Shown piece by piece: positions 26,056-36,400 of a DNA stretch of 64,000 nucleotides. Within the stretch, counting starts at the first letter, position 1. Every line of letters starts with the position of its first letter. Source of the stretch: Azolla caroliniana. Lineage: Eukaryota; Plantae; Polypodiophyta. The translations under genes and the position numbers were made by a program. The notes below the pieces were generated by a model that was not told where the DNA came from, searched no databases, and saw only the letters and a program-made list of their open reading frames with translations. The stretch spans positions 10,168,001 to 10,232,000 of the forward strand of contig JBHGNT010000015.1 of NCBI GenBank assembly GCA_043228905.1. Direction: 5' to 3'.

Positions 26056-27986
26056 ATGTTCATGTTCGAAGTATCGATCATACATCTCATTTCGACCATG
26101 GACCCGAATATCAAAATCCAAAGTCGGTTTCGTCGTATTTGCAAGGGTTGCAACGAATTCGTCCGATTATAAGCAGTCCTAGGCAGCATTGCCTTAGGGT
26201 ATCGAACATACACCTCATTTCGAGCATGGACCCGAATGTCAAAATCCAAAGTCGGTTTTGTCGTATCTGCAAGGGTTGCAACGAATTTGTCCGCTTATAG
26301 GCAGCAATACCCAGGAGTGCTTTCGAACGAGAGATCATATGATGATATGCGCCCAACCAACCTCGTGGACGACCGACTGTCCCCCCAAGGTCCTAAACGT
26401 GGTAGAGGATACATTGGAAAAAGGAAAGCATTGTCAATATGGTGGTGCGGAAAACGTGGTAGACGATACAAGGGAAGAAGCAAAGCATTGTCGATATGGT
26501 GGTGCGAGATCCGAGACGGCAAAGCCATAGTAGATGACATCAGATTTGCACCGCCCTTGGCGCCGTTGCTGGGGATCGAACCGGGGTCATCCACGTGACA
26601 GGCGGGAATACTCACCACTATACTCCAACGAAATGGGTGGACAACCGACTGTTCCCCCAAGGTTCTAAACGTGGTAGAGGATACGAGGGAAAAAAGAAAG
26701 CATTGACGATATGGTGGTGCGGGATTTGGAACATGGACCCGAATGTCAAAATCCAGACCCGGTTTCGTCGTATCTGCAGGGATTGCAACGAATTTGTCCG
26801 CTTATAGGCAGCAATACCCAGGAGTGCACTCGAACCAGAGATCATATGATGGTATGTGCCCAACCAACCTCGTGGACGACCGACTCTCCCCCCAAGGTCA
26901 AAAACAGGGTAAAGGATACGAGGGAAGAAGGAGAGCGTTGACGATATGGTGGTTCGGGATCCTTGGCGGCGATGCCTTAGTAGATGACATTAGATTCGCA
27001 CCGTCCTTGGCGCCGTTGCCGGGGATCGAACTTGGGTCACCCGCGTGACATGCGGGAATACTCACCACTATACTACAATGACATGCTCGTGTTGGATGTA
27101 TCGATCAAACACCTCATTTGGAGCATGCACCCGTATGTCAAAATCCAGACCCTGTTTCGTCGTATCTATAGGTGTTGCAACAAAATCGTCCGCTTAAAGG
27201 CAGCAATGCCCAGGAGGGCACTCCAACGAGAGACCATATGATGATATGTGCCCAACCAACCTCGTGCATGACCAGTTGTCCCCCAAGGTCAAAAACGTGG
27301 TAGAGGATACGAGGGATGAAGGAAAGCATTGATGATATGGTGGTGCGGGGTCCTAGGCGCCGTTTCCGGGGATCGAACCCGGGTCACCCGCGTGACAGGC
27401 GGGAATACTCACCACTATACTACAACGACATGCTCGTGTTGGATGTATCGATCATACACCTCATTCGGAGCATGGACCCGAATGTCAAAATGCAGACCCG
27501 GTTTCGTCGTATCTGTAGGGGTTGCAACGAAATCGTCCGCTTATAGGCAGAAATACCCAGGAGTGCACTCCAACGAGAGACCATATCATGATATGTGCCC
27601 AACCAACCTCGTGGATGACCAGCTATACCCCCAAGGTCGAAAACGTGGTAGAGGATACGAGGGAAGAAGGAAAGCATTGATGATACGGCGGTGCGGGATC
27701 CTAGGCGGCGATGCCTCTGTAGATGACATCAGATTCGCACCGCCCTTGGGGCCGTTGTTGGGGATCGAGCCCGGGTCACCCGCGTGACAGGTGGGAATAC
27801 TCACCACTATACTACAACAACATGCTCTTGTTGGATGTATCGATCATACACCTCATTTGGAGCTTGGACCCAAATGTCAAAATCAAGACCCAGTTTCGTC
27901 GTATCTACAGGGGTTGCAACGAATTCGTCCGCTTATAGGCAGCAATACCCAGGAGTGCACTCGAACGAGAGATCAGATGATGATAC

Positions 27987-28647
27987 TGTCGGGGATCGAC
28001 GCTCCGATTCACCTTCTTCTCCCGGCCACAACCGAGTAATTGCGAATCAAAGGAGCAGAAAATAGGAAACACAGAGAAAGACACGATGACACAGGGATTA
28101 GCGTGGAAAACCCTAAATGGGAAAAACCACGGGAGTCCTCAAACTCCAACTATCACTATGAACAGAGATGTACAATGGTGAAGCTACAAGGCAACAACCT
28201 TGAGTTCACTGTCTTCGCCACAGGCGGCGGTAATACACAGAGGCAACGACCTCTTCCTCTCTCTCTCTCTCTCTCTTTCTCTCTCGGTTGCTCTCACTTC
28301 GCTCCCTCTTAGTGGAAAACAGAAAATGAGCAACAACATTAAAACTGTTTGCCCTAAGTCATATTTATACACATATGACTTTCGGGCTATTTACAAATAT
28401 AGCCTCAAAGGGCTCTTGGCAAAACATATTCACAAAATATGTCCCCGCATCCGGATCTCTCTCCGGGTACATTCGTCATCCGGCTCCGTTACCGGGGTCT
28501 TCAGTCATCCGGCTCCGTAATCGGAACCGGGCTTGCCGTCATCCGGATCTCTCTCCGGGTACATTCGTCATCCGGCTCCGTAACCGGAACCGGGCTTGCA
28601 GTCATTCATCTCCGGACATCCCATCCGGAGGGACCGAAATCCCAACA
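27987..28647 (-). repeat. 3' LTR of Copia A
   Basis: Matches 32761-33421. The PPT GAAGTGAAGGGGGAG is adjacent at about 28650-28664. Contains internal CATCCGG repeats. Confidence 0.95.
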
Positions 28648-28657
28648 AACTCCCCCT

Positions 28658-31600
28658 TCACTTCGGCATGGGATGTCTCTCCAGTCCGATCCTCTTCTGG
28701 CATGCTTCCAGCTTGTCGGGTGTGAGCACCTTGGTCAGCATATCCGACCCGTTCTGGTCCGTGTGGACCTTCGTCAGCACGAACTCCTTGTCTTCTATCC
28801 TTTCCCGGATCCAGTGATATCTTCGCTGGATGTGCTTCGTCCGGGAGTGATAGGCCGCGTTCTTCGCAAGGTGGATTGCACTCTGACTGTCGCAGTAGAG
28901 TCGGTACTCCTCCTGCCGGATACCGAGCTCTCTAATGAAGTCCTTCATCCATATTATTTCCTTGCCGGCTTCAACAGCCGCCATGTACTCCGCCTCCGTG
29001 GTTGACAGCGCAACCGTCTTCTGCAGCCTCGACTGCCATGAAACAGCTCCCCCTGCATACGTCATCACATACCCTGATGTGGACCGGCTGGTATCTGTAT
29101 CAGCCGACATATGCGAGTCGGTGAAGCCGTCGAGTTCGGGCTTACCGGAGCCGAATCGGAGGCACACGTTTGCCGTACCCTTCAGGTATCGGAGTAACCA
29201 CTTGACCGCATTCCAATGCTCTTTGCCAGGATTGCTCATGTACCGGCTCACCACTCCGACTGCGTATCCGATGTCCGGTCTCGTACACACCATGGCGTAC
29301 ATCAAGCTCCCGACGGCTGAGGCATACGGCACTTTCATCATATCCTCCTTTTCAGCCTTTGTCTTGGGACTTTGCTTGCTGGACAACTTGCAGTTTGCCG
29401 GTAGGGTTGATCCGACCGGTTTTGCTTCCGACATGTTGAACCGGTGAAGCACCTTTGTCACGTACTTCTCCTGTGACTGCCACAACTGCTTCTTCTTCCG
29501 GTCCCGGATGATGTGCATCCCTAGTATTTGCCTCGCCGGACCCAGGTCCTTCATTGAGAAGGTTCGGTGAAGCGCTTTCTTCAGCGTCCGTATCTTGACC
29601 TGGTCCCGTCCGACGATCAACATGTCGTCCACGTACAGGAGGAGTATTAGAGAGTCTCCTCCTTCGAACTTCTTCACAAACACGCAGTGGTCGGACTGCG
29701 TTTTGAGGTACCCTTCGTCGGTCATGAAGGAGTCGAACTTCCGGTACCATTGCCGGGGAGCCTGCTTCAGTCCGTAAAGGCTCTTCTTCAACCGGCATAC
29801 CAGGTGCTCCTTCCCTTTCTTCTCGAATCCTTCCGGTTGCTGCATGTAGATCTCTTCTTCGAGGTCACCGTGAAGGAATGCCGTCTTCACGTCCATCTGA
29901 TCTACCTCGAGGTCCATGCTTGCCGCTATGCTCAGCACCGTCCGGATGGAGGTCATCTTTACTACCGGGGCAAATATCTCGTCGAAGTCGACGCCCTTCT
30001 TCTGCTGAAACCCCTTCACCACGATCCTGGCTTTGTATCTCGGGGGGTTTCCGGCATCTCCTGGTTTCAGCTTGAACACCCACTTGTTACGGAGTGCCCG
30101 TTTTCCTTTCGGCAACTCCACAAGTTCATATGTGTGGTTCTCATGCAGGGAATCCATCTCGTCCTGCATGGCACTCAACCACCTGCGGCTCTGGGTGTCA
30201 TGCTTTGCTTCTTCAAAGCTCTCCGGCTCCCCCTCGTCGGTTAGCAGCAAGTGCTCTGGTTCCGGAAATCTCCGGGGGGCCCTTCTCTCTCTTAGAGGAT
30301 ATCTCCGTTCCGGAGCTTCGGTAACCGGTTCTTCCGATTCTTCTTCATCCGAATCCATTTCGGGATCGGGGCCGGTACCGGTATCATTTTCATCTTCTTC
30401 GGCCGGTTCTGTTTCTTCACCGTCTTCGGCCGGATCCTCGAGTGCTAACCGGTCCCTTGCCGGTCGGGACTGCCCCTCGTAGAGTTGATCCTCACCGGTC
30501 GACTTGGAGCTCTTCATCTTCTTCTCCGACTCCCAGTCGGCGAGTGTCTTGTCCTCCATGAAGATGATGTCTCGACTCCTGAATATCTTCTTGTCGACCG
30601 GGTCCCATACTCGGTAGCCGAACTCGTCGTCACCGTAACCGAGGAATATGCATGGCCGGGTCTTTGGATCTAGCTTTCCTCTCCGGTCCTTTGCCACATG
30701 CACGTATGCGAGACACCCGAACACCTTCAGATGCCGGTAGGATACTTCCCTACCGGTCCACACTCTCTGCGGCGTGTCTCCGTCCAAAGGTACTGAGGGT
30801 GATCGGTTTATCACATATGTCGCCGTCGACATTGCCTCAGCCCAAAATCCCTTGGGTAATTTCGCATGCGCCAGCATACTCCGGACCCTCTCCATTATGG
30901 TCCGGTTCATCCTCTCGGCCAGCCCGTTCAGTTCCGGCGTCTTCGGCACAGTAAACTCGAGCCGGATTCCCTTCGAGCGACAGTACTCCTGGAACTGCCC
31001 CCGGTATTCCCCTCCGTTATCCGCTCGTATCGCTTTCAGCTTCTTGCCGGATTCCCTTTCCACTCTCGCGTGGAGTTCTTTGAAGACGGACAATACTTGG
31101 TCCTTTGTCTTCAACGGTGCCGTCCACAACTTCCGGCTGTGATCATCAATGAATGTCACGAAGTACTGGGCTCTGCCATGTGACTTCGTTTCTACCTGAC
31201 ACACATCAGTGTGCACCAGCTCCAATGGTGCGCTACGTCTCGTCGGTGGCCTTGAGTGGAAGGAGGTCCGGTTTTGCTTACCGGCCAGGCAGTCGGTGCA
31301 CTTCTCCAGGTGCACATGCTTCACTGGAATAAGGTTGTCTTCTGCAAGCCTCTTCATCCCCTTCTCACTCATGTGGCACAGTCTCTTGTGCCACAGCTCA
31401 CCGGCAGCGTCGGCTGCCACGTTCAGCTCCTCCGGACATAGCCGGGCATTCATCAGGTATAGTGTGTTGACCTTCCGGGCCCGAGCCACTATCAGGCTCC
31501 CCTTGCTGAACTTCATGACACCGTTCCGGATGCTGCCCGTGTAGCCTTCATCGTCTAGCCTCCCGGCCGAGATCAGGTTCAATCGGACCTCCGGAACGTG

Positions 31601-32656
31601 TCGAACATCCTTCAGCAGCATCTTGCATCCAGTTGATGTCATCAGCCACACGTCTCCTATGCCGGCAATCCGGCATGTACCTTCATTTCCCATCCGGACA
31701 CAGCCATGCTCACCGGCTGTGTAGGATGAGAAGTATTTCTTCTCCGGGGTCAGGTGGAACGATGCTCCGGAATCGACCACCCAGGTCATCTCTTCACCGG
31801 CAAGGTTCAGCTCCCTCTCTTCGGTAATGAGCATTATCTCTTCTTCACTTGCCGCAAGTGCCGTCGTTCCTTTCCGGTCCTGCCCTCGCCGATCCGGACC
31901 TCTCCGGTCCGTGGCTCCCCGGTATGCACCGTTTCTCTCCGGTGACTTCTTCGAATCGGTGTCGTCGGCTCCGTTGTCCTTTCGGTAATGCCGACAATTC
32001 TTCCGGAAGTGCCCCGGCTTCCCACAGTGGAAGCACGTGGGCCTTCCTCTTGACTGCGACCGGGTCCCCGACTTCTCCCGTCTTTGCGGACTCCGGTTCC
32101 ACTGTCTTCCCCGTTCCGATTCGGTAAGCAGCGCCTTCGAGTCGGAGGCCGGTTCTTTATCTCTCCGACGCGCTTCTTCGTTCAAAATACTTGTCTTTAC
32201 CGTTTGTAGGGACAAGTTGTCTTCCGTGCAGGAGGTGCTGAGAGTCACCACCAAGTTCTCCCAGCTGTCCGGCAATGTACACATCAGGATGATGGCTTGC
32301 ATTGCATCCTCCAACGGGAACTTGATCGCCGCAAGCTGATTCACGAATCCCATGAACGTGCTTACGTGTTCCACCATACTCTCGCCGTCCCGGTACTTGA
32401 GATTCACTATCTTCCTCATCAGGGAGGTCCGGTTCAACGCATTCTTCCTCTCGTAGAGGCCCGACAGCTTCTTCCACATCTCATATGCGTTGGTGTCGTT
32501 CGCCACATGTTGTAGGACGCTTACATCGACATATTGTCGGATCGTCGCTACGGCTTTCCGGTTCAGGAGCTTCCACTCCGACTCAAGTACCCCCTTCGGT
32601 ATTTCCGACCTGTCGATCGGTTCGTACAGGTCTCGAACAATCAGAAGATCCTCCAT
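28658..32656 (-). CDS. gag-pol: Copia A gag-pol polyprotein (Gag, Zn knuckle, PR, INT, RT, RNase H)
   Basis: Contains CFHCGKPGHFRKNC, WVVDSGASFH, HTDVC..FIDD, LLYVDDML and ALSTTEAEY. The natural start is probably ATG 32731, with an in-frame TAG at 32681-32683. Confidence 0.93.
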   Translation of the reverse strand: MEDLLIVRDLYEPIDRSEIPKGVLESEWKLLNRKAVATIRQYVDVSVLQHVANDTNAYEMWKKLSGLYERKNALNRTSLMRKIVNLKYRDGESMVEHVSTFMGFVNQLAAIKFPLEDAMQAIILMCTLPDSWENLVVTLSTSCTEDNLSLQTVKTSILNEEARRRDKEPASDSKALLTESERGRQWNRSPQRREKSGTRSQSRGRPTCFHCGKPGHFRKNCRHYRKDNGADDTDSKKSPERNGAYRGATDRRGPDRRGQDRKGTTALAASEEEIMLITEERELNLAGEEMTWVVDSGASFHLTPEKKYFSSYTAGEHGCVRMGNEGTCRIAGIGDVWLMTSTGCKMLLKDVRHVPEVRLNLISAGRLDDEGYTGSIRNGVMKFSKGSLIVARARKVNTLYLMNARLCPEELNVAADAAGELWHKRLCHMSEKGMKRLAEDNLIPVKHVHLEKCTDCLAGKQNRTSFHSRPPTRRSAPLELVHTDVCQVETKSHGRAQYFVTFIDDHSRKLWTAPLKTKDQVLSVFKELHARVERESGKKLKAIRADNGGEYRGQFQEYCRSKGIRLEFTVPKTPELNGLAERMNRTIMERVRSMLAHAKLPKGFWAEAMSTATYVINRSPSVPLDGDTPQRVWTGREVSYRHLKVFGCLAYVHVAKDRRGKLDPKTRPCIFLGYGDDEFGYRVWDPVDKKIFRSRDIIFMEDKTLADWESEKKMKSSKSTGEDQLYEGQSRPARDRLALEDPAEDGEETEPAEEDENDTGTGPDPEMDSDEEESEEPVTEAPERRYPLRERRAPRRFPEPEHLLLTDEGEPESFEEAKHDTQSRRWLSAMQDEMDSLHENHTYELVELPKGKRALRNKWVFKLKPGDAGNPPRYKARIVVKGFQQKKGVDFDEIFAPVVKMTSIRTVLSIAASMDLEVDQMDVKTAFLHGDLEEEIYMQQPEGFEKKGKEHLVCRLKKSLYGLKQAPRQWYRKFDSFMTDEGYLKTQSDHCVFVKKFEGGDSLILLLYVDDMLIVGRDQVKIRTLKKALHRTFSMKDLGPARQILGMHIIRDRKKKQLWQSQEKYVTKVLHRFNMSEAKPVGSTLPANCKLSSKQSPKTKAEKEDMMKVPYASAVGSLMYAMVCTRPDIGYAVGVVSRYMSNPGKEHWNAVKWLLRYLKGTANVCLRFGSGKPELDGFTDSHMSADTDTSRSTSGYVMTYAGGAVSWQSRLQKTVALSTTEAEYMAAVEAGKEIIWMKDFIRELGIRQEEYRLYCDSQSAIHLAKNAAYHSRTKHIQRRYHWIRERIEDKEFVLTKVHTDQNGSDMLTKVLTPDKLEACQKRIGLERHPMPK

Positions 32657-32745
32657 CTTGATCTTCCAGTCGGCGTAATTCTATGCATTCAGCACCATCA
32701 TCCCCGGCTGCCCGCTACCGCCGCCTTCCATTTTCTGCAACAGTC

Positions 32746-32757
32746 GCTCTGATACCA
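32746..32757 (-). promoter_or_regulatory. Primer binding site (initiator tRNA-Met) of Copia A
   Basis: TGGTATCAGAGC, 3 nt inside the 5' LTR boundary. Confidence 0.92.
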
Positions 32758-32760
32758 GTT

Positions 32761-33421
32761 TGTCGGGGATCGACGCTCCGATTCACCTTCTTCTCCCGGC
32801 CACAACCGAGTAATTGCGAATCAAAGGAGCAGAAAATAGGAAACACAGAGAAAGACACGATGACACAGGGATTAGCGTGGAAAACCCTAAATGGGAAAAA
32901 CCACGGGAGTCCTCAAACTCCAACTATCACTATGAACAGAGATGTACAATGGTGAAGCTACAAGGCAACAACCTTGAGTTCACTGTCTTCGCCACAGGCG
33001 GCGGTAATACACAGAGGCAACGACCTCTTCCTCTCTCTCTCTCTCTCTCTTTCTCTCTCGGCTGCTCTCACTTCGCTCCCTCTTAGTGGAAAACAGAAAA
33101 TGAGCAACAACATTAAAACTGTTTGCCCTAAGTCATATTTATACACATATGACTTTCGGGCTATTTACAAATATAGCCTCAAAGGGCTCTTGGCAAAACA
33201 TATTCACAAAATATGTCCCCGCATCCGGATCTCTCTCCGGGTACATTCGTCATCCGGCTCCGTTACCGGGGTCTTCAGTCATCCGGCTCCGTAACCGGAA
33301 CCGGGCTTGCCGTCATCCGGATCTCTCTCCGGGTACATTCGTCATCCGGCTCCGTAACCGGAACCGGGCTTGCCGTCATTCATCTCCGGACATCCCATCC
33401 GGAGGGACCGAAATCCCAACA
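32761..33421 (-). repeat. 5' LTR of Copia A
   Basis: Matches 27987-28647 and is followed on the minus strand by the PBS. Confidence 0.95.
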
Positions 33422-36400
33422 GATACGTGCCCAACGAACCTCGTGGACAACCGACTGTTCCCCCAAACCTCTAAACGTGGTAGACGATACGAGGGAAAAA
33501 AGAAAGCATTGACGATATGGTGGTGCGGGATTCTACGCAGTAATGCCTCATTAGATGACAACAGATTTGCACCGCCGTTGGTGCCGTTGCCGGGGATCGA
33601 ACCCGGGTCACCCGCATGACAGGCGGGAATACTCACCACTATACTATAACGACATGCTCGTATTGGAAGTATCGATCATACAGCTCCTTTGGAGCATGGA
33701 CCCGAATGTCAAAATCCAGACCTGGTTTCGTCGTATCTTCAGGGGTTGCAACGAATTCGTCCGCTTATAGGCAGCAATACCCAGGAGATCACTCGAAGGT
33801 GAGATCATATGATGATATGCGCCCAACCAACCTCGTGGACAACCGACTGTCCCCCCAAGGTCCTAAACGTGGTAGAGGATACGAGGGAAGAAAGAAAGCA
33901 TTGACGATATGGTGGTGCGGAATCCTAGGCGGCAATGCCTTAGCAGATGACATCAGATTCGCACCGCCCTTGGCGCCGTTGCCGGGGATCGAACCGGGTC
34001 AACCGTGTGACAGGCGGGAATACTCACCACTATAATACAACGCCATGCTCGTGTTGGAAGTATCGATCATACACCTCATTTGGAGCATTGACCCGAATAT
34101 CAAAATCGAAACTTGATTTCGTCGTATCTGCAAGGGTTGTAATGAATTCGTCCGCTTATAGGCAGCAATACCCAGGAGTGCACTCCAATGAGAGACCATA
34201 TGATGATATGTGCCCAACCAACCTCATGGATGACCAGTTGTCCCCCCAACGTCAATAACGTGGTAGAGGATACGAGGGAAGAAGGAAAGCATTGATGATA
34301 TGGTGGTGCGGGATCCTAGGCGGCGATGCCTCAGTAGATGACATCAGATTCGCATCGCCCTTGGGGCCGTTGCCGGGGATCGAACCGGGTCAACCGTGTG
34401 ACAGGCGGGAATACTCACCACTATAATACAACGCCATGCTCGTGTTGGAAGTATCGATCATACACCTCATTTGGAGCATTGACCCGACTATCAAAATCGA
34501 AACTTGATTTCGTCGTATCTGCAGGGGTTGTAATGAATTCGTCCGCTTATAGGCAGCAATACCCAGGAGTGCACTCCAGTGAGAGACCATATGATGATAT
34601 GTGCCCAACCAACCTCTTGGATGACCAGCTGTCCCCCCAAGGTCAATAACGTGGTAGAGGATACGAGGGAAGAAGGAAAGCATTGATGATATGGTGGTGC
34701 GGGATCCTAGGCGGCGATGCCTCAGTAGATGACATCAGATTCGCACCGCCCTTGGGGCCGTTGTTCGGGATCGAGCCCGGGTCACCCGCGTGACAGGCGG
34801 GAATACTCACCACTATACTACAACAACATGCTCTTGTTGGATTTATCGATCATACACCTCATTTGGAGCTTGGACCCAAATGTCAAAATCTAGACCCAGT
34901 TTCGTCGTATCTACAGGGGTTGCAACGAATTCGTCCGCTTATAGGCAGCAATACCCAAGAGTGCACTCCAACGAGAGACCATATGATGATATGTCCCAAA
35001 CCAACCTCATGGATGACCAGCTGTCCCCCCAAGGTCAAAAACGTGGTAGAGGATACGAGGGAAGAAGGAAAGCATTGTCGATATGGTGGTGCGGTATCAG
35101 AGGCGGCAATGCCTTAGTAGATGACATCAGATTCGCACCGCCCTTGGCGCCGTTTCCGGGGATCGAACTCGGGTCACCCGCGTGACAAGCGGGAATACTG
35201 CCCACAATACTACAACGACATGCTCATGTTGGAAGTATCGATCATACACCTCATTTGGAGCATGGACCCGAATGTCAAAATGCAGACCTGGTTTCATCGT
35301 ATCCTCAGGGGTTGCAACGAATACGTCCGCTTATAGGCCGCAATACCCAGGAGTGCACTCGAACGAGAGATCATATGATGATATGCACCCAACGAACCTC
35401 GTGGACAACCGACTGTCCCCCCAAGGTCCTAAACCTGGTAGAGGATCCAAGGGAAGAAAGAAAGCATTGACGATATGGTGGTTCGGGATCCTAGGCAGCA
35501 ATACCTTCGTAGATGACATCAAATTTTCACCGCCCTCGGCGCCGTTGCCGGGGATCGAACCCGGGTCACCCGTGTGACAGGCGGGAATACTCACCACTAT
35601 ACTACAATGACATGCTCGTGTTGGAAGTATCGATCATACACCTCATTTGTAGCATGGACCCGAATATCAAAATCCAAACTCTGTTTCGTCGTATCTGCAG
35701 GGGTTACAACGAATTTGTGCGCTTATAGGTCACAGTACCCAGGAGTGCACTCGAACGACAGATCATATGATGATATGCGCCCAACCAACCTCGTGGACGA
35801 CCGACTGTCCCCCCAAGGTTCTAAACATGATAGAGGATAGAAGGGAACAAGGAAAGCATTGTCGATATGGTGGTGCGGGATCCGAGCCGGCAATGCCTTC
35901 GTAGATAACATCAGATTCGCACCGCCCTTGGCGCTGTTGCCGAGGATCGACCGGGGTCACCCGCGTGAGAGGCGGGAATACTCACCACTATGCTACAACA
36001 ACATGTTCGTGTTGGGAGTATCGATTATACACCTCATTTGGAGCTTGGACACGAATGTCAAAATCCAGACCCGGTTTCGTTCTATCCTCAGGGGTTGCAA
36101 CGAATTCGTCTGCTTATAGGCAGCAATACCCAGGAGTGCACTCCAACGAGAGACCATATCATGATATGTGCCCAACCAACCTCGTGGATGACCAGCTATA
36201 CCCCCAAGGTCGAAAACGTGGTAGAGGATACGAGGGAAGAAGGAAAGCATTGATGATACGGCGGTGCGGGATCCTAGGCGGCGATACCTCTGTAGATGAC
36301 ATCAGATTCGCACCGCCCTTGGGGCCGTTGTTGGGGATCGAGCCCGGGTCACCCGCGTGACAGGTGGGAATACTCACCACTATACTACAACAACATGCTC

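Larger units (their letters stand above)
27987..33421 (-). mobile_element. Full-length young Ty1/Copia retrotransposon A (5435 bp), TSD GATAC
   Basis: 661-bp LTRs with 3 differences seen, TG..CA ends, TSD at 27982-27986 and 33422-33426, PBS and PPT present, and a 1332-aa gag-pol ORF. Confidence 0.97.

Noticed and set aside
23200-27980. 5S rDNA or Cassandra TRIM identity for the monomer
   Set aside because: No recognisable 5S rRNA sequence; the Pol III element is clearly tRNA-Asp.
28375-32955. Many plus-strand ORFs within Copia A (likewise within Copia B)
   Set aside because: They are antisense shadows of a GC-rich gag-pol frame.
33930-33970. Hammerhead ribozyme or retrozyme core near CTGATG in the 44-bp cassette
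   Set aside because: It reads CTGATGTC rather than CTGANGA, and there is no properly placed GAAA or three-helix junction.
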